A DNA stretch of 64,000 nt from positions 96,001-160,000 of the forward strand of contig JALSOH010000006.1 of assembly GCA_026986575.1 (NCBI GenBank), read 5' to 3'. Source of the DNA: Thermoproteota archaeon (GTDB lineage Archaea; Korarchaeota; Korarchaeia; Korarchaeales; Korarchaeaceae). The notes under the pieces are model-generated. The model was not told where the DNA came from. It saw only the letters and a program-made list of their open reading frames with translations, and made no database searches. Position 1 is the first letter of the stretch; the number at the start of each line of letters is the position of its first letter. Position numbers and translations under genes: made by a program. Positions 27,287 through 36,254 of the stretch are shown here, piece after piece.

Positions 27287-28354
27287 ATGGCATGGTTCCT
27301 GAGGCCTGATGCTTTCTCGGCCTTCGAGAACGAGGAGATAAGGGACACGATACCAAGGTACATAAGGGTAGTGAGGAGGGAGGAACCTCCCCTCTTCAGA
27401 CTGACTCAGAGGATCTTCTTGGATGTGGGCGACGATCCTTGGGCCACTCACGACGAGGGACTCCAGATACTCTCTAAATGCGTGGTAGAGGGAGAATGCC
27501 CTAAGGAGAAGAGGGATGGGAGGACCTCCTTGCTCGAACTCAAGGCACTCCTGGCCAAGGATATGCTCCGAGGGTGCAGGCTGTGCGAATGGAAGTGCGG
27601 CGTGAACAGACTTGAGGGGGAGATAGGCGCCTGCAGAGTCCGAGACTCACGGGTGGCGAGCGCCTTCATTCACATGGGAGAGGAAGCCCCTATAACTCCC
27701 TCTGGAACGATATTCTTCGCCGGATGCAACTTCAGGTGCGTATTCTGTCAGAACTGGGATATATCTCAATTCCCCGAATCGGGCAGGCGGGTGGACGAAC
27801 GGGGACTTGCGTCTATTATGGATGAGCTGAGGATGCAGGGCGCCAGGAACATTAATCTGGTCGGAGGGGAGCCTACACCCAACCTCCCCCTGATAATCTC
27901 GTCCCTCAACCTCGTCAGGGAGGACTTCCCCGTTGTGTGGAATTCCAACATGTACATGAGCGAAGAGGCTATGAAGCTCCTGCTCGGTTTGGTGGATCTT
28001 TGGCTGCCTGACTTCAAGTATTGGAACGATGAGTGTGCTAGGAAGTACAGCGGGATTCTTAGTTACAGGGAGACCGTAACTAGGAACTTGAAAATGGCGT
28101 ACGACTATCCGCCCGGGGAGATGGTGCTGAGGCACTTGGTCCTCCCTGGGCACTTGAACTGCTGCACGGAACCCATCCTCAAGTGGATCTCCGATAATAT
28201 CCCCGACATCTTGGTGAACATAATGGACCAATACAGGCCCGAGTACAGAGCCAGCAAGTTCGACGAGATAAACAGAAGGGTGACCACCGAGGAGATGATG
28301 AGGGCCTACAGGCTAGCTGATGAGCTGGGCCTGAGATGGAGGTCGGTCAGCTGA
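27287..28354 (+). CDS. PflX-like radical SAM protein (pyruvate formate lyase activating enzyme family)
   Basis: CRLCEWKCGVNR, HMGEE, SGTIFFAGCNFRCVFCQNWDISQ, VWNSNMY, PDFKY, RHLVLPGH, NIMDQYRP. Confidence 0.9.
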   Translation: MAWFLRPDAFSAFENEEIRDTIPRYIRVVRREEPPLFRLTQRIFLDVGDDPWATHDEGLQILSKCVVEGECPKEKRDGRTSLLELKALLAKDMLRGCRLCEWKCGVNRLEGEIGACRVRDSRVASAFIHMGEEAPITPSGTIFFAGCNFRCVFCQNWDISQFPESGRRVDERGLASIMDELRMQGARNINLVGGEPTPNLPLIISSLNLVREDFPVVWNSNMYMSEEAMKLLLGLVDLWLPDFKYWNDECARKYSGILSYRETVTRNLKMAYDYPPGEMVLRHLVLPGHLNCCTEPILKWISDNIPDILVNIMDQYRPEYRASKFDEINRRVTTEEMMRAYRLADELGLRWRSVS

Positions 28355-28916
28355 TCGTGAGCAGGAGCCTGACGATTTTCCACCTCAAGTCCTCTAGACT
28401 CCCCTCATTCAGGATGAAGTAGTCTGCTGCCGCGATGGCGTCCCCCAGATGGAAGGCCCTTATCTCCTCCCTATCCTCACCCAAGAATTCCTCATAACTT
28501 TCCTTGTCGAAACCCATCCTCTTCCTCTTTAGTTGCCTCAGGAATCTCAGGTTCTTGGATGCCAGTATTGCTATCGTCACCACCTTGTCACCGAATCTAC
28601 GTTCGAACTCTTCTATCTCCTCCAAATTCCTTATACCATTTACTACAAATCCCTTCCCTCCCTCCGTTTCCTCTATCCTCTTTATCACCAACTTAGCGAT
28701 TGCTGAAGGCCCCATCTTACCTCTAAGCTCAATCCCCACCTTTCTCATGTTCTCCCTAGTTACGGAGAGCCCTCTTTTCCTAAGCTCGTCCAGCAATTCA
28801 TCGCTCATCCTCAAAACCTTGAATCCCAGCTCCTCCTCGATTGCCTTGGCTGCCGCGTCTTTCCCGCTTCCGGGAAGTCCCACTATCAGGACTATTCTCC
28901 CACCGATCTTTCCCAT
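28347..28916 (-). CDS. UPF0200 P-loop kinase (nucleoside monophosphate/dephospho-CoA kinase-like)
   Basis: GLPGSGK, LRMSD, GIRNLEE, ADYFILNEGSLEDL. Confidence 0.85.
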   Translation of the reverse strand: MGKIGGRIVLIVGLPGSGKDAAAKAIEEELGFKVLRMSDELLDELRKRGLSVTRENMRKVGIELRGKMGPSAIAKLVIKRIEETEGGKGFVVNGIRNLEEIEEFERRFGDKVVTIAILASKNLRFLRQLKRKRMGFDKESYEEFLGEDREEIRAFHLGDAIAAADYFILNEGSLEDLRWKIVRLLLTIS

Positions 28917-29027
28917 CTAGGGGCGAGACCTTGGCATCCATATAAAGATCAGCCCATACAGTGTCAGGGTCCATCCGGGGAGAGTGGTTTTAAAGAAGAG
29001 CATTTACGGGAAACGGGGATCTAAAAA

Positions 29028-29843
29028 ATGATCTCAGTGATAGAGATAGAGGCCGTAAGTCAGGGTGAGGGTATAGTTCCCTTCACGGGTCCCCCTCTGA
29101 GGCGTGCCCTGTTTAAAGCTCTATCATCTCAGAACCCTCTGCTGGCAAAGGCTTTAGAGATGTCTTCCAACAAGATATTCATTGAAGCCTTCCTCAGGGA
29201 CAGGAGGCAGTTACCGTGCGGCTTTCAAGATGATCTCGTGTATTCGGGATCTGAATATAGGGGATCGGTCATTATATTCGATGATAGGACTCTCGCAGAA
29301 GCTGTGAAGGGGTGGGTTTACAAGAAACCCACCATAAAGATAAGGGATGTGCCATTTAAGGTGGTGGGATACTCTTATCAGGAGATCGAGATAGAGGACT
29401 TCATACAGGATCAGCCTTGCAAGAACTTCAGGATAAGGTTCCTCACTCCCACATGCTTTAGGAGGACATCGACCCCCTATTGCTACTTATATCCGAACTC
29501 CAAGATGGTGGTCTCATCGGCATCCGCGGTCTGGAATGCGCTGTCGCCTAAGAAAGGGCCAGAGACCAGGATAATGTCCATGTGGGCCGATTTGAGTGTC
29601 GTAGAGACCGGATATGAGTTGTGCACAACGAAACCTGTCGAGATAAGTGAGGGCAGGACGTTAGTGGGCTTCATGGGCTGGGTCAATTACAAGGTGGTGG
29701 ATCATCCCGAATGGCACTCCGGCTCCCATGAGGAGATGGCCACATGGCTCAACACCTACCTGAGATTCGCGGAATTGGTGGGAGTCGGATACATGAGAAA
29801 TGCGGGATTCGGTAAGATAAGGTTCGAAGTGAAGAGGAGGTAG
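29028..29843 (+). CDS. cas6: Stand-alone CRISPR-associated endoribonuclease Cas6
   Basis: IRFLTPTCFR, GFMGWVNY, C-terminal Gly-rich loop FAELVGVGYMRNAGFGKI. Confidence 0.88.
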   Translation: MISVIEIEAVSQGEGIVPFTGPPLRRALFKALSSQNPLLAKALEMSSNKIFIEAFLRDRRQLPCGFQDDLVYSGSEYRGSVIIFDDRTLAEAVKGWVYKKPTIKIRDVPFKVVGYSYQEIEIEDFIQDQPCKNFRIRFLTPTCFRRTSTPYCYLYPNSKMVVSSASAVWNALSPKKGPETRIMSMWADLSVVETGYELCTTKPVEISEGRTLVGFMGWVNYKVVDHPEWHSGSHEEMATWLNTYLRFAELVGVGYMRNAGFGKIRFEVKRR

Positions 29844-29847
29844 CTTG

Positions 29848-30240
29848 TCAGGCGAGGGCCTCCACGGGAAGTCCCTCTATTCTCTCCATGAGCGGGATTC
29901 CGCTCCTCATCTCTATAGCCTTGTGCCTCTTAGCCCTGAAGATTCTCTTCAGCTCAATGAATACCTGCCAGGTACTCTCAGCATCCTTACAGGACGATAT
30001 AGCCACAGTGACCAGTCCACGATCGGGCCACGTGTGCACAGCTGCGTGCGATTCCCCTATGATTGCTATGCTCAGGACACCTCCCTCCAGTCTCCTCTGG
30101 CTTAACACGTCGAACAGTGTAAGACCTGATCTCAGAACTGCTTCAACCAACGCGCTCTGGACGAATTCCACGTCATCGAGCATCTCAGGTTCCACATCGA
30201 GGAGCTCACCGACCACATGGAACTCAAAGGCCTTCACCAT
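29848..30240 (-). CDS. Pyruvoyl-dependent AdoMet (or arginine) decarboxylase proenzyme, SpeD/SpeH family
   Basis: Intact cleavage site GE-SH (IIGESHAAVHTWP) and downstream Cys (ISSC). Confidence 0.88.
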   Translation of the reverse strand: MVKAFEFHVVGELLDVEPEMLDDVEFVQSALVEAVLRSGLTLFDVLSQRRLEGGVLSIAIIGESHAAVHTWPDRGLVTVAISSCKDAESTWQVFIELKRIFRAKRHKAIEMRSGIPLMERIEGLPVEALA

Positions 30241-30554
30241 TTTACCGCACCTCCACCCCCATCTCATGGTGAGACCGCTCTAGCTCTTTAAAAACATTAT
30301 GAAAATGGATCTGGCAGCTTTAGAGAATGTATAGAGCGTTTATATCTGGGTTTATAGCGTCTATAAGGGTTCTCTAATGAGCTAGGATAACTAAATCGAA
30401 AAAGATAATGTTAAACTCTCAATTTCAGGTTCTCACCTATGCTCTCAAGCTTTAAGCGGTTTTTATAACTATTTTAGTTTGCAAAGATCACTAAAAATGC
30501 CCTTTTCATACCAAAACGCTTCTCATCCAATTTATGAGGGCTTGATTGACTAGG

Positions 30555-30578
30555 AGGGGGGGAGGGGGGGAGGGGGGG
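30555..30578. repeat. (AGGGGGGG)x3 tandem G-tract repeat abutting TTTATATA
   Basis: Read directly: AGG AGGGGGGG AGGGGGGG AGGGGGGG TTTATATA. Confidence 0.9.
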
Positions 30579-30646
30579 TTTATATAGCCACAGATCTTTG
30601 TCCCCCAACCTCTCTCGGGTTCCCTCAAGCGATCCTTCAACCGTCC

Positions 30647-31690
30647 TCAGAAGAATCTCTCCAAGCTCCCGCTCACCTTGCGCTCTTCCTCCTCTGAAAA
30701 TCCCCTGACCATCCTCTCAAGAGTTGAGCTCCTGCTATCAAGTTCTGGCTCTTCGTTCAATTTGTTCGCCCTTTCTTCGACCCACTTCCTCAAGATTTCT
30801 TTGATGGCCTCCATCATAACCTCCTTCCAACGGGACATGTCCTCTGGGTCTATCCACTCATCTAGGTCCCTCTTTCCGAGCTCGTTATAGAATTCCTTAG
30901 TGTAGGCCTCACCCGTGGGTCTCCTACCTAGTGAGTAGAAGATCCATCCCAGAGATATCTTCTGGGTTATCTCAGCCCTGTCGCCTACTATGGAGAACTC
31001 CTCCTCTCTCAAAGCTACGAACTCGTCAACCCTGACAAGCTGACTGAGGTTGTCGTAGGTACTCTGAGCCTCATCCTCGATCACCCTGACGGCCTCCAAG
31101 CTCATCGAGAACTGCTTCCTGAACTCCTCCACCCCCCAGCTTCCAAGTAGAATGTTGATCTTACCCCTTATGTCCACATTCATGTCGTAGAAGTAGGGTA
31201 TCAGATCGGAGAGAATGGAGTGGATCTCCTCTAGGGGCTTCTCCCCTATGACTGATGAGTTGTCCGATGATCTAGTGAGGATCTCTGGGTATTCCGAGGA
31301 AATAGACGCGAGTTCCTTGATCTTAGGAAGCATCCTCTCAATTATGGCCAGACCTGATGATGCATCTAGCATTATTATGGGATTTTGTGCGAAAGCTGAC
31401 GCTGTACTACCGCCAGCCAGCCTGCCCAAGGTCCATAGGGAGTCCACAACCCTCCAATCTCCTCCATCCTCGATTAGGACTAGGGGATCAACCCTACCGA
31501 CCCTAGGCCTGTCGGGAGATGGGATCAGGTTTACGATGAAACCAGAACGAACGCTCTTCCCGTCCACTTCATATTCTCTAGTGGCTAGAAGGGACACGCC
31601 CGCCATCATCTCAATTATCCAAGGGGATTCCTCCTTTATGGCGCTGGCGAGGTAGTCAGCGTATTTCTCCCTTTCAAGCATGCAGGACAT
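30647..31690 (-). CDS. Hypothetical protein with C-terminal PIP-box-like motif
   Basis: 347-aa ORF with typical codon usage, ending ...SGSLERFF. Confidence 0.75.
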   Translation of the reverse strand: MSCMLEREKYADYLASAIKEESPWIIEMMAGVSLLATREYEVDGKSVRSGFIVNLIPSPDRPRVGRVDPLVLIEDGGDWRVVDSLWTLGRLAGGSTASAFAQNPIIMLDASSGLAIIERMLPKIKELASISSEYPEILTRSSDNSSVIGEKPLEEIHSILSDLIPYFYDMNVDIRGKINILLGSWGVEEFRKQFSMSLEAVRVIEDEAQSTYDNLSQLVRVDEFVALREEEFSIVGDRAEITQKISLGWIFYSLGRRPTGEAYTKEFYNELGKRDLDEWIDPEDMSRWKEVMMEAIKEILRKWVEERANKLNEEPELDSRSSTLERMVRGFSEEEERKVSGSLERFF

Positions 31691-31756
31691 TAACCACCCG
31701 GCACCTCCCGGGTCTCAACATACCTTCCGATAAGGACTATATAACCATCACTCAAG

Positions 31757-33019
31757 CTACTGGCCCTTCATTAACCTCTCTATGTACCTCGCGTGGAAAT
31801 CCATACCCTCCAGCTCGGCTATCCTGACAGACAGGTCCCCGAACTCCTTTACCAGTTCATCGCTTCCTCTAACTGTAAGAACCGACTTCATGAAGTCGAA
31901 CAGGGTTAAGGGACCTCTGAACCTGCTATACCTAGATGAGGGTAGTCTCTGAGGTACGCCAAGGGCATAATCTGCTAGAGGGGACGGGGTGTCCCAAAGC
32001 ACAGCTCCCACATTGGTGAACCTCAGCTCCTCACCCGGATCTCCGAGTACGAGCACTCTGGCCGGAGATATAACATCTACGGCCTCCTCTACTTCCCTCC
32101 AGCCATCTAGCACTAGGACGTTGGCGTCATCGACGGCAGGCATGGAGAGGCCATCCAGTATCTCCTCTGTCTCTTTCGCGATCTCATTGGCAAGGGCCTC
32201 ATCCACCGTTAGCACCATCAGGAAGGTATCAAGTCCGTGCTCGGCTTGGGACACCAACTCCCAAGCTACCCTCTCGGCATCAACCCCCCTCCCGACTACG
32301 ACCACATGTTCAACGGGAGAAGATGGGAAGTCCACCGCAACATCTGGGGAGACCATTCTCTTGGCTACCATGAAGAGCAGATCCCCAGTTCCGAATATCT
32401 TCTGGACCTCCTGTATCGTCGTGGTTCCGTACGCCATGGCGGCGACCGCCACGGGGCCCCCGACCCTATACATCCTAGTGACGCCTGAGAGCTTCGCAGC
32501 AGCTAGGAGATGGGGACTGACCTGACCGCCAGCAAGAGGTGGAGTGAATACGTAGATCTGCTGGACGCCAGCTACCTTCGCGGGTACGGCGGTGTAGATC
32601 AAGGTGGAGAAGTAAGAGTACCCTTCGCCTTCCGGAACATGAATTCCTATCCTCTCAAGAGGAATCCACCTAACGCCGTACTCGCTCTCATTTCTCCTCA
32701 CTACGAAGTCCTCCACCCTTTGCATGGAGTAGAACTCCTTAACTCTCTCCACAAGCTCCTCAATGGTGTCTAGATCCCGGCCGATCTGGGAGAGGGCCTC
32801 ATCCATAGAATCTTCACTCACTTGAAACTCCTCCGGTGAGAGTTTAACGCCGTAAAGCCTCTCAGTGAACTCGGATACGGCCTCGTCCTCCCTCAACTTG
32901 ATCTGCTCTATAATGGGCCTCACCGATTCCCTGAAAACCGCCAGATCTATCTCACGGGATTCCAGTTCGACTAGGAATTTCCACGCATCCTTACCTTTCA
33001 AAATGCGCAGGGGTATCAC
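31757..33019 (-). CDS. Divergent histidinol dehydrogenase family protein
   Basis: PLERIGIHVP, AVPAKVAGV, AAMAYGT, LVSQAEHG, LADY, ELEGMDFHA; the catalytic PEHL motif is replaced. Confidence 0.85.
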   Translation of the reverse strand: MIPLRILKGKDAWKFLVELESREIDLAVFRESVRPIIEQIKLREDEAVSEFTERLYGVKLSPEEFQVSEDSMDEALSQIGRDLDTIEELVERVKEFYSMQRVEDFVVRRNESEYGVRWIPLERIGIHVPEGEGYSYFSTLIYTAVPAKVAGVQQIYVFTPPLAGGQVSPHLLAAAKLSGVTRMYRVGGPVAVAAMAYGTTTIQEVQKIFGTGDLLFMVAKRMVSPDVAVDFPSSPVEHVVVVGRGVDAERVAWELVSQAEHGLDTFLMVLTVDEALANEIAKETEEILDGLSMPAVDDANVLVLDGWREVEEAVDVISPARVLVLGDPGEELRFTNVGAVLWDTPSPLADYALGVPQRLPSSRYSRFRGPLTLFDFMKSVLTVRGSDELVKEFGDLSVRIAELEGMDFHARYIERLMKGQ

Positions 33020-33176
33020 CCTGCCTTATGACTGGGCTATCCTTAAAATGATGGGCGCCCTCTACCTCAGGGGGGATGAGATAGCCATCCCAGAATGAGG
33101 GGACTCTAAAAATGATTTACCCAGGGGTAATCGACCCCCCACCTATGGAGCATGATATGGGCTGAAATCTCACTCA

Positions 33177-34112
33177 TCAGTATGCAAGGATCAGACCTTT
33201 CTCCCTATAGGCCCTTATGATTCTCTCCAAACCTTCTTCCAGCTCCACCTCGTACTTGAACCCTAGATCGTGCTCAGCCTTCCTCGTGTCAGCGAGCGTC
33301 CTGTAAACATAGTTCTTTATCGGGTTCTCCCTATACTCCAGCCTCAGATCGAGGCCCAACCTCCTTATCAACTCAGCTAACTCATTAAACGAGGTCTCCT
33401 TTCCGGTACCGACGTTGTAGACCTCGCAATCTTCACCTCTCTCCCAAGCCAGCAGGAAGGCCCTGACAACGTCTGTTACGTAGATGAAATCTCTAGTCTG
33501 CTTTCCATCACCGTATATGACGAAGGATCTGCCATCTAGCGCGGCCCATACCATCTGAGAGGCCACGTTTGCGAATGGACCCTTGGGCCTCTCGTTAGGC
33601 CCGTAAACGCTGAACAGCCTCAGTCCCACGCTTTCCACTCTGTGCAGCTCATAGTAGACCCTAGCCAACCTCTCTATCCAGTACCTCCCCTCTGTGTAGA
33701 AGTCTGTCGGGAAAACGGGCATATCCTCAGTGAACGGAGGATTGTTCCTGTTGTATAGGGAGGATGTTGACGCGTAAACGACCTTCGCACCTGACTCCTT
33801 GGCATATTCGAATATGGCGACGGCATCCCTCACAGCAATCGAGAGGAGATCAGGATTCTCTCGATACATCGGGCTCGAAGAGGGAATGCCTAAGTGGAAG
33901 ACTACATCGACGGGCGTCAATTCCCTGATGGAGGAAGAAGCTCCCTCCAAAAGTGTCGCACCCCTTTCCTTGAGGAGGTTGGCCACCTCCCTCGATCCGG
34001 TCATGAAGTTATCAATAACAACTACCTCTGCTCCATCCTTCAGAAGCTTCGCCGTTAAGTTGCTGCCTATAAACCCCGCTCCTCCAGTCACAACGGCTCT
34101 CAATTGAAGCAC
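33177..34112 (-). CDS. NAD-dependent epimerase/dehydratase (extended SDR)
   Basis: VTGGAGFIGS, ASTSS, YTEGR (YxxxK variant), SVYGP, GDGKQTRDFIYV. Confidence 0.9.
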   Translation of the reverse strand: MLQLRAVVTGGAGFIGSNLTAKLLKDGAEVVVIDNFMTGSREVANLLKERGATLLEGASSSIRELTPVDVVFHLGIPSSSPMYRENPDLLSIAVRDAVAIFEYAKESGAKVVYASTSSLYNRNNPPFTEDMPVFPTDFYTEGRYWIERLARVYYELHRVESVGLRLFSVYGPNERPKGPFANVASQMVWAALDGRSFVIYGDGKQTRDFIYVTDVVRAFLLAWERGEDCEVYNVGTGKETSFNELAELIRRLGLDLRLEYRENPIKNYVYRTLADTRKAEHDLGFKYEVELEEGLERIIRAYREKGLILAY

Positions 34113-34154
34113 CCGAATTCCGTCCAGCGAGAAAAATAATAATGTGGGAGGTGC

Positions 34155-35453
34155 TCAGGAGGACTTGATTATCTCAATGAGGTCGTCAGTCATCTTGTCA
34201 GCCTGATCCATGGTGACCGTGAGCGGGGGCTCGATCCTCACCACATTTCCAAACATGCCGCCAGTCCCGATTATGTATCCCCTCTTGAACATGCCCTCCT
34301 TGACCTTCTTCGTAAGCTCCGGATTCGGCTTCTTCCCGTCCTTGACGAGCTCAATACCTATGAAGAGGCCTCTCCCTCTCACCTCGCCTATAGATGGGAG
34401 AGCGGAGTCCCTGAGCTTCTTCATTATGAATTCTCCCACCTTATGGGCGTTCTCATGTAGCTTCTCCTCTAACATGACCTCTATCCCAGCGAGACCTGCC
34501 GCGCACGCCACCGGATTGCCAGAGAATGTGACGTTGTGATCTCCGGGCTCCCAAGCCCTGTCCACCTCATCCGTCGTCATGGTGCCAGCCAGTGGAAGTC
34601 CTGCTCCCAAGGCCTTGCCCATGGTCATTATATCGGCTCTGACATCCTCCCACTCGTGGGCGAAGATCTTACCGGTCCTCCCGAAACCGCTTTGCACCTC
34701 GTCCATTATGAGCAGGACGCCGTTCTCCCTAGCGATCTTCTCGAGTTCCTTCAACCAGCCATCGGGTGGGACTATTATCCCTCCCTCACCCATCACCGGC
34801 TCCATTATTATGGCGGCCACATTCTCCGATCCCAGATGGTACCTTATGTATTCGTCCACCTTCTCTAAGGTGTAGCTCTTGCAGGTCTCCACATCGCCGG
34901 GGAACCGGAAGCAGTAGGGGGAAGGAAGATGCACGACACCGGGATAGTTAGCGAAATGGCCTAAATGCCTCTTATACTTCCTCTCATGGGTGAGCGTGAG
35001 GGTCAGAGCTCCTCTACCGTGGAACGCGAAATCGAAAGCTATGACGTAGGCGCCAGTCTTACCCTGAACCTTCACCGAGTACTTCTTGGCCAGCTTTATT
35101 GCGCCTTCCACAGCCTCAGTGCCACTGTTGGCATAGTACGTCTTTTTGAGGTCCCCAGGAGCTATTTCCGCGAGCTTCTTGGCAAGCTCGAGAGCGGGAA
35201 CGTTGTAGTAGATCATACCTATGTGGGCGATCTTCTCCATCTGCTCCTTAACGGCGTTGACTATCTTGGGATGGGAATGACCGTAGTTAATAACTCCGAA
35301 TCCCGAGAAGAAGTCGAGATACTTGTTCCCATCCACATCCCAGATCTCAATTCCCTTGGCCTTTTCTAACACAATCGGGTATATTATTGGGTATGCACTC
35401 TGGAGGTAGGCCCTCCCATCCTCAACACTCAAAATACCACCTGAGAAAGCCAA
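34155..35453 (-). CDS. Class III PLP aminotransferase (GABA/ornithine aminotransferase-like)
   Basis: DVDGNKYLDF, NSGTEAVE, FHGR, EPVMGEGG, DEVQSGFGRTG, MGKALG, TFSGNP. Confidence 0.93.
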   Translation of the reverse strand: MAFSGGILSVEDGRAYLQSAYPIIYPIVLEKAKGIEIWDVDGNKYLDFFSGFGVINYGHSHPKIVNAVKEQMEKIAHIGMIYYNVPALELAKKLAEIAPGDLKKTYYANSGTEAVEGAIKLAKKYSVKVQGKTGAYVIAFDFAFHGRGALTLTLTHERKYKRHLGHFANYPGVVHLPSPYCFRFPGDVETCKSYTLEKVDEYIRYHLGSENVAAIIMEPVMGEGGIIVPPDGWLKELEKIARENGVLLIMDEVQSGFGRTGKIFAHEWEDVRADIMTMGKALGAGLPLAGTMTTDEVDRAWEPGDHNVTFSGNPVACAAGLAGIEVMLEEKLHENAHKVGEFIMKKLRDSALPSIGEVRGRGLFIGIELVKDGKKPNPELTKKVKEGMFKRGYIIGTGGMFGNVVRIEPPLTVTMDQADKMTDDLIEIIKSS

Positions 35454-35522
35454 TCGGGATTAGTGATAAACCTAACCTCTAGCCGTACGACCTCACAAAA
35501 AGATGGAGGAGGATGATCCTCA

Positions 35523-36239
35523 TCATTTGATTATGCCCAAGTACAGCTTAGCGAACTGAGGGTGCTCTAGTAGTTCTTTAGCGTTCCCTTCATATCTCAT
35601 AGTCCCGCTTACTAGAAGATATCCCCTATCCCCAACCTCCAGCGCTCTCTTTGCATGCTGCTCGACCATAACTATGGTCTGATGGTACTCATCCCTCAGC
35701 TCAACCACCTTATTGAGGACCTGCTTCACTAGGATGGGAGCTAGGTCGGTGGTCATCTCGTCCAACATGAGTACTTTGGGCCTCCTCATCAAAGCCATCC
35801 CTATCGCGAGCATTCTTCTTTCTCCACCGCTTAGGGTCCCCGCCTTCCTCTTCCTGAACTCCCTCAGCCTGGGAAACATGTCCAGAATCTCCTCTATTCT
35901 CTCAGGAACCTCTTCCCTAGGTAGAAGGTAGCCAGCTATCTTCAAGTTCTCCTCGACGCTTAATCCCGAGGCCACATTCCCCAGCTGGGGCAGGTAAGCT
36001 ATGCCCATCCTAGCCTTCTTATAGGCCGGGACCTTAGTGACATCCTGCCCCTCAAAGAGTACTTGACCCTTGTGAATGGTGGCTATCCCCATTATGCTGT
36101 TAAGGAGAGTAGTCTTACCCGCGCCGTTAGGCCCGACAACTACTGTTATCTCCCCCTCTCTCACTTCGAAGTTTATGTCGAACAGTACCTCTAGCTTTCC
36201 ATACCCAGAATACAAACCCTTCGTCTCCAGTATGGCCAT
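35523..36239 (-). CDS. livF: Branched-chain amino acid ABC transporter ATP-binding protein
   Basis: GPNGAGKTT, AGTLSGGERRMLA, VEQH, YLG. Confidence 0.92.
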   Translation of the reverse strand: MAILETKGLYSGYGKLEVLFDINFEVREGEITVVVGPNGAGKTTLLNSIMGIATIHKGQVLFEGQDVTKVPAYKKARMGIAYLPQLGNVASGLSVEENLKIAGYLLPREEVPERIEEILDMFPRLREFRKRKAGTLSGGERRMLAIGMALMRRPKVLMLDEMTTDLAPILVKQVLNKVVELRDEYHQTIVMVEQHAKRALEVGDRGYLLVSGTMRYEGNAKELLEHPQFAKLYLGIIK

Positions 36240-36254
36240 AAGATCACCCGACCT

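Noticed and set aside
26976-27451. Short ORFs over the nfo/pflX gap (26976-27356, 26999-27196, 27170-27451)
   Set aside because: Pro/Arg/Gly-rich translations of a GC-rich structured segment that overlap real genes.
28920-30646. CRISPR array near cas6
   Set aside because: No 24-40 nt direct repeats with spacers were seen.
33020-33176. Possible C/D box sRNA or hairpin between the hisD-like and epimerase genes
   Set aside because: Box C is imperfect, C'/D' are not evident, and the pairing is weak.
34155-35453. Amino-acid racemase supplying D-Glu for PGA
   Set aside because: It has EPVMGEGG (Glu), whereas class III-fold racemases/epimerases, as I recall, carry Asp there. An ordinary aminotransferase is more likely.
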